A stretch of DNA of 64,000 nucleotides. Origin: an uncultured Verrucomicrobiae bacterium. GTDB taxonomy: Bacteria; Verrucomicrobiota; Verrucomicrobiia; Chthoniobacterales; JAFAMB01. Positions 51,773 through 61,200 of the stretch are shown here, one piece after another. Position 1 is the stretch's first letter. Every line of letters starts with the position of its first letter. The DNA lies in assembly GCA_963813025.1 (NCBI GenBank), contig CAWEXO010000009.1, forward strand, positions 64,001 through 128,000, written 5' to 3'. Position numbers and translations under genes: made by a program. Below the pieces are notes generated by a model. The model did not search any database. It was given only the letters and a program-made list of their open reading frames with translations, and had not been told where the DNA came from.

Positions 51773-52663
51773 ATGGCAAAGGTTGTCCTCGGCAAGGGAC
51801 TGAACGCCCTGATCACTGCACCGCAACCAGTGGCGCTTGAGACCGAAGAGCGAGTCGAACGAGTGGCTTTGGGAGAGGTGGTACCGAGTCCGCTTCAACC
51901 TCGCAAAAATTTTCCCGCCGAACAGCTCCAGGAGTTGGTCGATTCCATTCGCGAACGCGGCATCATTCAGCCATTGATCGTGCGCAGGGTAGCCGGCAAA
52001 TGCGAATTGATTGCCGGCGAGCGCCGCTGGCGGGCTGCTACCCAGCTCCGTCTGCCGGACATACCAGTCATTATCCGGCAAGCGAGCGATCGCGACGTTC
52101 TTGAGTTGGCGCTGATTGAGAACCTGCAGCGAGAAGACCTGAACCCGGTTGAAGAAGCGCATGCTTATCGCCGGTTGTCCGAAGAGTTCTCCTTGCGGCA
52201 AGAAGATATCGCTAACCGCGTAGGAAAGAGCCGCGCCGCCGTGGCCAACTCTCTGCGTTTACTGGAGCTGCCTGCACTGGTGCAGAGTTATCTCGCACAA
52301 GGAAGGATCAGCGTCGGCCACGCCAAAGTGTTGCTGACCTTAGATAACCCGGAAGAACAGCTGGCCGTCGCGGAGTTGGCTATTCGCCACGCTGCGACGG
52401 TGCGAGCGACCGAGAAAATGGTTGCGGACCATCTTGCTCGCCATGGACTGGTCCGGAGCGGCCGGACCGGAGTGCGTCCGTCTCCCGCAACGATCAACAG
52501 CGTAAATCGGGCGCTCGTCCACCTCGAAAACGAGCTCCGCGAACGCTTGGCGACGCACGTCATTATTCATCACGGTGAGAAGAAGGGTCGCATCGAGATC
52601 CAATACTATGGAGATGACGACCTGGAACGCATTCTGGCGCTGCTTGGAGTTCCGCCAAGGTGA
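51773..52663 (+). CDS. parB: ParB/Spo0J partition protein
   Basis: LGKGLNALI, QPRKNF, IAGERRWRA, ENLQREDLNPVEEA, HTH. Confidence 0.95.
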   Translation: MAKVVLGKGLNALITAPQPVALETEERVERVALGEVVPSPLQPRKNFPAEQLQELVDSIRERGIIQPLIVRRVAGKCELIAGERRWRAATQLRLPDIPVIIRQASDRDVLELALIENLQREDLNPVEEAHAYRRLSEEFSLRQEDIANRVGKSRAAVANSLRLLELPALVQSYLAQGRISVGHAKVLLTLDNPEEQLAVAELAIRHAATVRATEKMVADHLARHGLVRSGRTGVRPSPATINSVNRALVHLENELRERLATHVIIHHGEKKGRIEIQYYGDDDLERILALLGVPPR

Positions 52664-53664
52664 TTGCTGCCGGTCGGTCAAAATGCCGCTCTTGCGCTGT
52701 GGCGATGATGATTTGTCTTCTTTTGGCTTCCTGCAAGCCAAAACAGAGCGCCGTTGAGCAATCAGGCGAAAAGCAGACGACTCCTGTGAATCTCGCGAGT
52801 TCGGCGACCGCTCCCCCATTGCCCGAAACTCCTCCGGAGCTCTGGAATCAATTTGACGGCGAACGCGCACTGCAATATGCGCGTAAAATCTGCGAACTGG
52901 GTCCGCGTCCCTCAGGTAGCAAGGCCTTAGAGCTTGCGCGGAAATATGTCTCTGAGCAGCTTAGTTCGTTCGGCTGGCAAGTGCTCTCGCAGCGATTCAC
53001 CGATCAAATGCCGGACGGTAAAACCGTCGAATTCTGCAACTTGCTCGCTCAACCCGCGCACCTCAAGGTGGCCGGATCGAGAACCGCGCTAGTTGCTTAC
53101 CTCGATTCATCACATACCGAAGTTTTTCGCAGTGTGAACGCGAGCGACGGCGCAGCTAATTCGGCTGTCCTGCTCGAGTTGGCTCGCGTGCTGGCAAGTG
53201 CTCCCCGAATCGCGTCGGTGGTTGAAATCATTTTCCTGGATGGCCACGCGCCTTTCCGCGAAGCCGGCCTCGCTGACGGCCTTTTCGGAAGTCGATTTTT
53301 CACCGAGCTATTAAAGATCAACCAGCAAACCGCCGGCTATCGGGCAGCTGTGGTGCTGGGAAACCAGGGCGGCCCGGAGGTCCACCTTTGCTGCGCTCTC
53401 AATTCCGATCCAGCTCTGATCAAGGATTTTCGAGGAGCGGCTCAGGGCCTGGAATTCCGCCTCGAGACTTCGGATCGACCCTTGCTTTCTGACCAGGTTC
53501 CCTTTTTGCAGGCCGGCATTCCCGCATTGGCCCTCCTCGATCCCGAGTCGCCTGTTCTGGAAACCGCCGATGATGTTCCGGATCGACTCTCGGCTGCTTC
53601 GCTTGCGCAAAGTGGCAAGCTCGTTCTCTATTACCTCGCTGCGCAAAAGATACCGGCGCATTAA
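52660..53664 (+). CDS. M28 / glutaminyl-cyclase-fold lipoprotein with degenerate active site
   Basis: Lipobox LASC; FDGERAL..GPRPSGS; ASDGAANSAVLLELAR. Confidence 0.78.
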   Translation: MIAAGRSKCRSCAVAMMICLLLASCKPKQSAVEQSGEKQTTPVNLASSATAPPLPETPPELWNQFDGERALQYARKICELGPRPSGSKALELARKYVSEQLSSFGWQVLSQRFTDQMPDGKTVEFCNLLAQPAHLKVAGSRTALVAYLDSSHTEVFRSVNASDGAANSAVLLELARVLASAPRIASVVEIIFLDGHAPFREAGLADGLFGSRFFTELLKINQQTAGYRAAVVLGNQGGPEVHLCCALNSDPALIKDFRGAAQGLEFRLETSDRPLLSDQVPFLQAGIPALALLDPESPVLETADDVPDRLSAASLAQSGKLVLYYLAAQKIPAH

Positions 53665-53913
53665 ATGATGAACCTTATTCTGTACGTTAAACCAGGCTGT
53701 CCCTGGTGTCGCAGCGCCGAGAGTTTCCTGAACGAGCGCCGGTATGGCTTTCAGCGCGTCGATGTATATCAGGATCCGGAAGCCTACGCGGAGATGAAAC
53801 GCCTTTCCGGTCAGCCGTACGCCCCCACGCTGCGCGCCGGCGAACTTATCCTGAAAGATTTTGGAGACGAGGAACTAGAGGCGTTCCTAAAAAAGAACCG
53901 GATCCACCCGTAA
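53665..53913 (+). CDS. Glutaredoxin family protein
   Basis: LYVKPGCPWC, SGQPYAPTL. Confidence 0.9.
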   Translation: MMNLILYVKPGCPWCRSAESFLNERRYGFQRVDVYQDPEAYAEMKRLSGQPYAPTLRAGELILKDFGDEELEAFLKKNRIHP

Positions 53914-53988
53914 GTTCTGGAGTGCGTGCGACAAGTCGCACGGACTCCAAGACATTCGACAGGAGTGCCCCATACCGCTTGTCCCACA

Positions 53989-55380
53989 CTAGTACTCAAA
54001 CTCACCATCCCGATAGAGGCCGTCGGGGATCGTTTTAATCGTGTCGGTCAGATTGACAAACTTGACCGATCCTTCAATCCGTACTTGCGGCGCAAACCGG
54101 AAAAGTCCCTGGATATCCAGCTCTTTACAGCCGATCAGCGACGGTACTCCCTCGACCACGAGTTCTTCCAAACGGTCGACCACCTTGTAAAAGTCACTCA
54201 GCCGAATCAGCGGCGGGATACCTCCTCGCTCCGGACGGAGGCGCAAATTATGCCCGGCGTCCAACTCGTATGAATCTGAGCGGATCGCCAGCAAATCGCT
54301 GGTTGTCTTCACCGGCGCAAAGCGGCTTCGCGGAACGTCCACCGCCATTGATCCCTCGAAGCACTCGATAGCAGCACCCATCGCCGTCTCCAGCTGATAG
54401 ACCAGAGGAGAATTTTTGTCCCGCGGATCCACGTTTTTCTCATTGCGGATCAACGGCAACGGCAGTAACCCGCCGGCGTGCCGCAGCGCGCTCGTCAGTG
54501 CATCCAATCTGAGCCAAATGGAATTGGTATTAAAATAACGGTGTCGCGTTATGTTCTGAAACTCGGAAAGATCCTCGTCGGGACACTGGGCTAGCTCCCG
54601 GAGCAAATAATGCCGGTCGCTCCGGCGAATCGCCAAATGACCGCCTTTGCGATCCGCCTCCGTCCGTCGCGTTACCTCCATTAGGAAGGGAGCACCGGAA
54701 TCAACAAAGAAACGCAGGAGACCAGGATCCAGCGTCGCCCCGAGGTTGTCCGCATTCGAGACAAAGAGAACCTCTTTTCCAGCTTGTTGCAGCCGCTCCA
54801 ACATACCGGACCCAAGCAGCGTTGGATAAATGTCGCCATGGCCGGGCGGGCACCATTCGAGTTGAGGATTTGCCGGCCAATGAATTGGTAGCAGGGTGCT
54901 TGTGTCGAGCTTCGGCACTCTGTTCTGGAGCAATTCGGATTGTCGCGGAGGACCCAGCTCGGGGTAGCGCTGGAGAGCCGACAAAGTGTCAGCGCTCGTA
55001 CTGAAACTGTTCAGCCAGAGAAGCTCCAATCCCGACGATCGATCCGCTTTCTGCTCCAGAATCTGCTGGACGATGATATCGAGGAAGGTGAGTCCGTCCC
55101 GAACCGCCAGCAGGCTCTTGGCTTTCGCCAATCCCATACTGGTGCCCAAACCGCCGTTTAATTTTACGACGACCGTCTTCGACGTTAGCTCGGGCTCGGC
55201 GGCAGTCGAATCGGCGGAAGCCATTCGCGGCAAAGAGGTGACCGGTTCCATCGATCGCTCCGGAATCAGACCAGCCTCCTTCGCGACCAGTTTCTTATAC
55301 TGATAGAAAAAGGCTCGTTGCGCGGCTTCGTCGACACCGGCCTCCACTATCTTCTGCGCAATCAACTCTTCAGCATTCAT
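53989..55380 (-). CDS. UTP--glucose-1-phosphate uridylyltransferase (eukaryote-type UDPGP family)
   Basis: KLNGGLGTSMG..KS, WCPPGHGD, VSNADNLGA, FNTN, RFAPVKTTSDL. Confidence 0.93.
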   Translation of the reverse strand: MNAEELIAQKIVEAGVDEAAQRAFFYQYKKLVAKEAGLIPERSMEPVTSLPRMASADSTAAEPELTSKTVVVKLNGGLGTSMGLAKAKSLLAVRDGLTFLDIIVQQILEQKADRSSGLELLWLNSFSTSADTLSALQRYPELGPPRQSELLQNRVPKLDTSTLLPIHWPANPQLEWCPPGHGDIYPTLLGSGMLERLQQAGKEVLFVSNADNLGATLDPGLLRFFVDSGAPFLMEVTRRTEADRKGGHLAIRRSDRHYLLRELAQCPDEDLSEFQNITRHRYFNTNSIWLRLDALTSALRHAGGLLPLPLIRNEKNVDPRDKNSPLVYQLETAMGAAIECFEGSMAVDVPRSRFAPVKTTSDLLAIRSDSYELDAGHNLRLRPERGGIPPLIRLSDFYKVVDRLEELVVEGVPSLIGCKELDIQGLFRFAPQVRIEGSVKFVNLTDTIKTIPDGLYRDGEFEY

Positions 55381-55390
55381 CGTGGCGGCA

Positions 55391-55593
55391 CCAGTGCGCC
55401 GTCTCAATATATAACGATGACGTCGCCGCGGCCCAAAGGGTTGCGTTCAAAATGGGCCGGCGGCGGCGTTGTTCCTCGGTCACGTATCGCTTCAGATATG
55501 CTCCCTCCTACTGCCAGTCCGGCTCGGACCGCCTTGCCGGCGGCCCATTTTGAACGCAACGACATCATCGGTATATATGAGACGGTGCACTAG
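55391..55593. mobile_element. MITE copy 3 (203 bp, short form)
   Basis: CCAGTGCGCCGTCTCAATATA ... TATATATGAGACGGTGCACTAG. Confidence 0.9.
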
Positions 55594-55621
55594 CAGGTAG
55601 CGAGCGAGAAATAGCAATCGC

Positions 55622-56900
55622 TTACCGCGTTGTTTTGTATGTCAAGTAGGCTTGCAAAGCATCAGCTGCTCTCTCCAATTGGACGTCTGCCATCTGTCCC
55701 ACGCTGCTCCTCTCGGCACTGCTCATGGAGCCGAGCCGGCGCCGGACGATGAGCGCATGCTCCTGTTCCTGCGTTACGGCGGAGTAAATGTCGGGCGAAA
55801 TGCCGTGCCCCTGAATGATTTGCCTGTCCGGAGTAAAATAACGCGCGGTAGTCAAGTCGGATCGCCGATCCGTCTGGAAGCGGTACTTCGCTTTGAACAA
55901 CACCTTTACCAAAGGTGGTCTCGCCTACCAGAATCGCACGTTTAAGATCTTTCAGCGCACCCGCCACAATTTCCGCGGCGCTGGCTGTCTCGCTGTTTAC
56001 CAGGACCGCGACAGGGTAACTGCCTCGGGAATGGTCAATCACGCCGGTGTAGTACTGTTGATCTTGTGCGGGATCTCGGCCCTCCGTATAGACCACCATT
56101 GTTTTGGGCGGAACGAATAACCCGCAGGTATCCACTGCGCTGCGGACCAGACCTCCGGGATTAAACCGCAAATCCAGGATCAAGCGCCTGCATTCCTTCC
56201 TTTTCGAGATTCTTCAACTCCGTCTCCAATTCCTGGGCTGTGGGAGAAACGAACTCCGTGATCCGCAGATATCCGATTCGCCAGTGATCGGTAGCTGCCG
56301 GATCGAGGAGCTTCGCGTCTTTAACGCTGGGCACCTTGATGAATTGTCGCTCCACCTCGATCCGCAATGTCTGCTTGCTCGAAGGCCGAAAAATGGTGAA
56401 GCTCACCGTCTGACCTGGCTCGCCCCGCAGGAGATGGCCTACATCGTCGAAGGTCTTATGCTCAGTGGAAACCCCATTGATGCTCAGAATCTGATCACCC
56501 GGAGCCAGACCTGCTTTTGCCGCCGGAGCGCCCTCTATCAGTGAAACCACTGTGGTGACGCCATGGACCGGAGTAAGCACCACGCCAAAGCCGCTCATCT
56601 CCCCACGATTCTCGGTGAGTTCTTCGCGAAAATCGATGGGCTCAACAAATTGGCTGTGCGGATCCAGCTTTTCGATCATCCCGTGAAGGGCCGCATAGAC
56701 CAGATCGCGATATCCTGTTTTCGCCGGATCGACATAGTCCTGCCGAACAAGCTCCAGCGCATTACTGAAAACGGCCGCCGCTCGGACAAGTCACTGTCAG
56801 AAGAGGTAGCGCTATCCGGAAAACTCGAGGTTGACAGCAGCGCCGTTCCGCAAAAGCCGACGTCAAAAATAATTAAACCTGCCAATAAAAACTTCTTCAT
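55622..56900 (-). CDS. ctpA: S41 carboxyl-terminal protease, several frameshifts
   Basis: LDPHS, PDZ, ILDLRFNPGG, TASAAEIVAGALKD, TFGKG, TTARYFTP. Confidence 0.88.
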
Positions 56901-57062
56901 CCGAAAGCACTACGCATCCATTCCGAGCCTTGTACGCCAGCATACCCGAAATTTATGCCAAATACAGTTCACGCATCGAATGTTCAGCCATCAAGCGCGA
57001 TCAATGCACAACAGAAAACTCGGATCGACAAGTCGGCTGAAAAACGTAGGGGTAGTGTGAGC

Positions 57063-59284
57063 ATGAACAAGATTCGGGTTTGGACCGGGAAGCCTTTTCC
57101 CTTGGGAGCTACGTGCACGAAGGAGGGCGTGAATTTTGCCATCTACTCGGAGAACGCAACTGGAGTGGATCTTTGTCTTTTCGATCAGCCCGATTCGGAT
57201 CGCGAGACTCTGCGTATTCGGGTGACGGAACGTACCGACCAGATCTGGCACGTTTTTATACCAGAAATCGGTCCAGGTCAGCTCTACGGGTTTCGAGTTT
57301 ATGGCGTGTATCTGCCGAAGGAAGGTAGCGATTTAACGCTTCCAAGGTGCTGATCGACCCGTATGCAAAGGCGATCGCCGGAAAAATTAATTGGGGTCCG
57401 GAGATGTTTGGATATCCGCTGGGCGAACCGGCAGAAGACCTGAAACGCGATTATCGCGACAATGCTTTCAACATGCCAAAGTGCGTAGTCATCGATCCGG
57501 CTTTCGACTGGCGAGATGATCAGCCGCCAGGGATTCCGCTGGCGGAATCGGTCATTTACGAGGTCCATCCAAAGGTTTTACCAGACTATGGGATAAAGTG
57601 CCGGAGGAACTGCGGGGAACTTATGCCGGGCTGGCTAGCCCGGCCGCGACCGAGTACCTCCGCCAACTCGGGAGTCACCGCCGTCGAACTGCTGCCGGTG
57701 CACGAACATGTCGATGACAATATCCTGATCGATCGCGGACTCACAAATTACTGGGGTTATAACACGATCGGATACTTTGCTCCGGAAAGTTCCTATTCAA
57801 GCAAAGGTGTTCTTGGAGGTCAGGTGACGGATTTTAAGGAAATGGTCTACGCCCTGCATAAAGCAGGTCTCGAGGTTATCCTGGATGTGGTTTATAACCA
57901 TACTGCCGAAGGTAACCATTTGGGACCGACGATCGCTTTCAAGGGAATCGATAATGCTTCTTTTTATCGGCTGATGCACGATGACCGGCGTTTTTACATG
58001 GACTATACCGGGTGCGGCAATACGCCGAATACGCGCAACCCTCGGGTACTGCAGCTAATCATGGACAGTTTGCGCTACTGGGTCGCCGAGATGCGAGTCG
58101 ATGGATTTCGCTTTGATCTCGCTACCACTCTGGCGCGGGAGGAACACTATTTTGAGCGAGACGCCGGCTTCTTCGACATCCTGCTGCAAGACCCCATTCT
58201 CTCGCAGGTCAAGCTGATCGCCGAGCCTTGGGATGTAGGTGAGGGCGGGTATCGGGTGGGGGATTTCCCGATTCCCTGGGCGGAGTGGAATGGAAAATAC
58301 CGCGATTGCACCCGCCGCTTTTGGAAAGGGGATGACGGGACATTGGGCGAATTCGCGTACCGGTTAACGGGAAGCCCTGATCTCTACGAACATCAAGGCC
58401 GCCGACCCTATGCCAGTATCAACTTCGTCACCTCACACGACGGTTTCACTTTGAACGACTTGGTTAGCTATAACGAGAAGCACAACGAGGCGAATGGGGA
58501 AGATAATCATGACGGCGATACCAATAACAATTCCTGGAATTGCGGCGCGGAGGGACCGTCCAAAGACCCGAAAGTCAATGCGCTCCGACGTCGGCAGCGC
58601 CGGAACTTTCTCGCAACGTTGTTTCTCTCCCAAGGTGTCCCGATGATCTTGGGCGGCGACGAGTTCGGCCGCGCCCAGAAAGGCAACAACAATACTTATT
58701 GTCAGGATAATGAGCTTTCCTGGTTCGATTGGAATTGGGGTAAAGACAGCAAACAGCTCTTCACCTACGCTAGCCAACTGATCAGGTTCCGCCGGGACCA
58801 TCCCGTCTTCCGACGGCCGAAATATTTTCGAGGCCGCCGGATCCGGTCCTCCGACGTCAAAGATATTATGTGGTTCAGTCCAAACGGATCGGAGATGAAG
58901 GTAAAAGATTGGCAAAACGGTTTCGCCAAATGCGTAGGTATGTTGATTAGCGGCGCAACGGTCGATATTCGAGATGCCAAAAACGAGATCGTCAAAGACA
59001 ACACTTTTCTGCTGCTCTTTAACGCTCACTATGAGTCACTAACCTTCATCCTGCCCGGACGCCAAGAAATCCGTTGGCAACCGGTGCTCGATACTGCGCT
59101 GGACGTTGGCTTTGTGTCGCAATCCAAGGTGCTCTCCGCGGGTGAAGAGATTGAACTGATCGAACGGAGTCTTGTCCTTCTGCAGCTTTCTGAGGGCGAA
59201 GAAAACTTTGCGCAGGAGGAGTCATGGGCTACGAAGACAGGCAAGGCGCCTTCCAAAACACCCAGTCAGCAGGCCGGCCGTTAA
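57063..59284 (+). CDS. glgX: Glycogen debranching enzyme, frameshifts near 57330 and 57570-57660
   Basis: PFPLGAT..GVNFAIYS, NYWGYNT, DVVYNHTAEG, DGFRFDLA, KLIAEPWD, HDGFTL. Confidence 0.95.
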
Positions 59285-59296
59285 CGAAACTGTCGC

Positions 59297-61180
59297 ATGG
59301 AGAAAACAACTCGCTTGTATTCGCAGGGACCCGAGATTTTGAGCTCTGGAGTTTCCTTTTCCACTTGGGCTCCGCAAAAAAGGCAGGTGTCGCTGGTCGT
59401 CCTTGGTCCCCGGCAGCAGATACAGCGCGAATTGCCTTTGGAGAAAGACGCTGACGGTTATTGGACCGGCCTGGAAGCCAACGCTGGGGCGGGAACTTTG
59501 TATCAATATCGCCTCGATAATCATCTGTTTCCCGATCCTGCCTCCCGCTTCCAACCGATGGGAGTTCATCTGGCCTCGGAAGTCATCGAAAATCGCTTTT
59601 CCTGGACGGACAGTCATTGGCGCCCACCGGAACTCCGCGATCTTATCATTTACGAACTGCACACTGGAACCTTCAGTCCGGAGGGAACATTCGCCGGTAT
59701 CGGCCGTCGCTTGGAACATTTCCAGCGCCTGGGCGCGAACGCGATCGAGCTGATGCCTGTTGCGGATTTTCCCGGAAGATGGAACTGGGGATACGACGGA
59801 GTGTCTCTTTTCGCACCAGCGCGCGTCTATGGACGGCCCGACGATTTGCGCCGCTTGGTTGACGATGCGCACCGGGCCGGCTTAATGGTCATTCTGGATC
59901 TCGTTTACAATCATCTCGGACCGGACGGGAATTATCTCGGCGCCTACAGCGACCGCTATTTCAATGAAAAACATCACACCCCGTGGGGTCGCGCTTTCAA
60001 TCTGGATAATGATCAGGCCGAACCCGTGCGTCGGTTTTTCGTGGAAAACGCGCTCTATTGGCGACGCGAGTTTCACATCGATGCCTTCCGATTAGATGCG
60101 ACGCAAGCAATCCCCGACGATTCTCCTAAGCACTTGATCCAGGAAATCACGGAGCAGATGCAGGACCTCGGCGGCCTTGTCATTTGTGAGGATCCGCGAA
60201 ATGAGCGCCGGCTTTTGCAGAGACGCTCGGAGGGCGGCTATGGTTGCGATGCAGTCTGGGCCGATGATTTTCATCACGTTGTCCGGGTGCAGATGACCGG
60301 CGAGGACGAGGGCTATCTTGGGTATTTCCAGGGTACAATTGACGAGCTAGTTGGGACGTTGCGCGAGGGTTGGTTGTTTACCGGGCAAATCCAGAAGGAT
60401 GGCATTCCTCGCGGAACTCCGGCAGCGGACTTGCCCCCGGAGCGCTTCATTCATTGTGTCTCTAATCACGATCAAACCGGTAATCGCGCTTTCGGTGAGC
60501 GGTTAAATCACCTCGTTTCGCCGGCCGCTTACCGCGCGGCGAGCAGCCTGCTGTTGCTCGACCCTTATACCCCAATGCTTTTCATGGGTCAGGAATGGGC
60601 GGCCGCTACTCCTTTCTTGTATTTTACCGATCATGAACCGGTTCTCGGAAGGAATATAAGCGAAGGACGTCGCAAGGAATTCGCCGAGTTTTCCGCGTTC
60701 CGCGATCCGGAAATGCGAAAGGAAATTCCGGACCCTCAATCCGAATCCACCTTTCGACAATCGGGCTTGCAGTGGGCTGAATTGAGCGAACCGGAACACC
60801 AGCAGATCCAGCTTCTTTACCGCGATTTGATAGCTTTGCGCCGGGAGCACTTAGCTGATCGCCGTCGTGGGAGTTGGAGAGTGGCTCAAGTCGGGGAGAA
60901 AACCGTTGCGCTACGTTACCAGGCATCTCCGGCCAACCTCCTTGTCCTGGTGCAACTGACTCCTGGTCAGCTCGTTCTGGAGGCGACTGAGGAAATTCTG
61001 GCGGCGGCACCTGGCCATACTTGGAAGGCAAGGCTGGCCTCCAACGATCGAGCTTACGGGGGGAAAGGCCCCGGTATCTTTGACCCGCAAAAAAACCAGT
61101 TCTTGCTGAACGCACCAGAGGTGATTGCATTTACTGAAGAACCTGATTTCCAGGAAACCTTCGGGAACGAAGGTCTTTGA
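59297..61180 (+). CDS. treZ: Malto-oligosyltrehalose trehalohydrolase
   Basis: PDPASRFQP, YELHTGTF, WGYDG, VYNHLGPDGN, WADDFHH, NHDQTGNR. Confidence 0.96.
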   Translation: MEKTTRLYSQGPEILSSGVSFSTWAPQKRQVSLVVLGPRQQIQRELPLEKDADGYWTGLEANAGAGTLYQYRLDNHLFPDPASRFQPMGVHLASEVIENRFSWTDSHWRPPELRDLIIYELHTGTFSPEGTFAGIGRRLEHFQRLGANAIELMPVADFPGRWNWGYDGVSLFAPARVYGRPDDLRRLVDDAHRAGLMVILDLVYNHLGPDGNYLGAYSDRYFNEKHHTPWGRAFNLDNDQAEPVRRFFVENALYWRREFHIDAFRLDATQAIPDDSPKHLIQEITEQMQDLGGLVICEDPRNERRLLQRRSEGGYGCDAVWADDFHHVVRVQMTGEDEGYLGYFQGTIDELVGTLREGWLFTGQIQKDGIPRGTPAADLPPERFIHCVSNHDQTGNRAFGERLNHLVSPAAYRAASSLLLLDPYTPMLFMGQEWAAATPFLYFTDHEPVLGRNISEGRRKEFAEFSAFRDPEMRKEIPDPQSESTFRQSGLQWAELSEPEHQQIQLLYRDLIALRREHLADRRRGSWRVAQVGEKTVALRYQASPANLLVLVQLTPGQLVLEATEEILAAAPGHTWKARLASNDRAYGGKGPGIFDPQKNQFLLNAPEVIAFTEEPDFQETFGNEGL

Positions 61181-61200
61181 AAGGAGGATATTAATCCGCG

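Noticed and set aside
53989..55380. Eukaryote-type UGPase as a recent eukaryotic transfer
   Set aside because: The family is known in several bacterial phyla and composition matches the neighbours.
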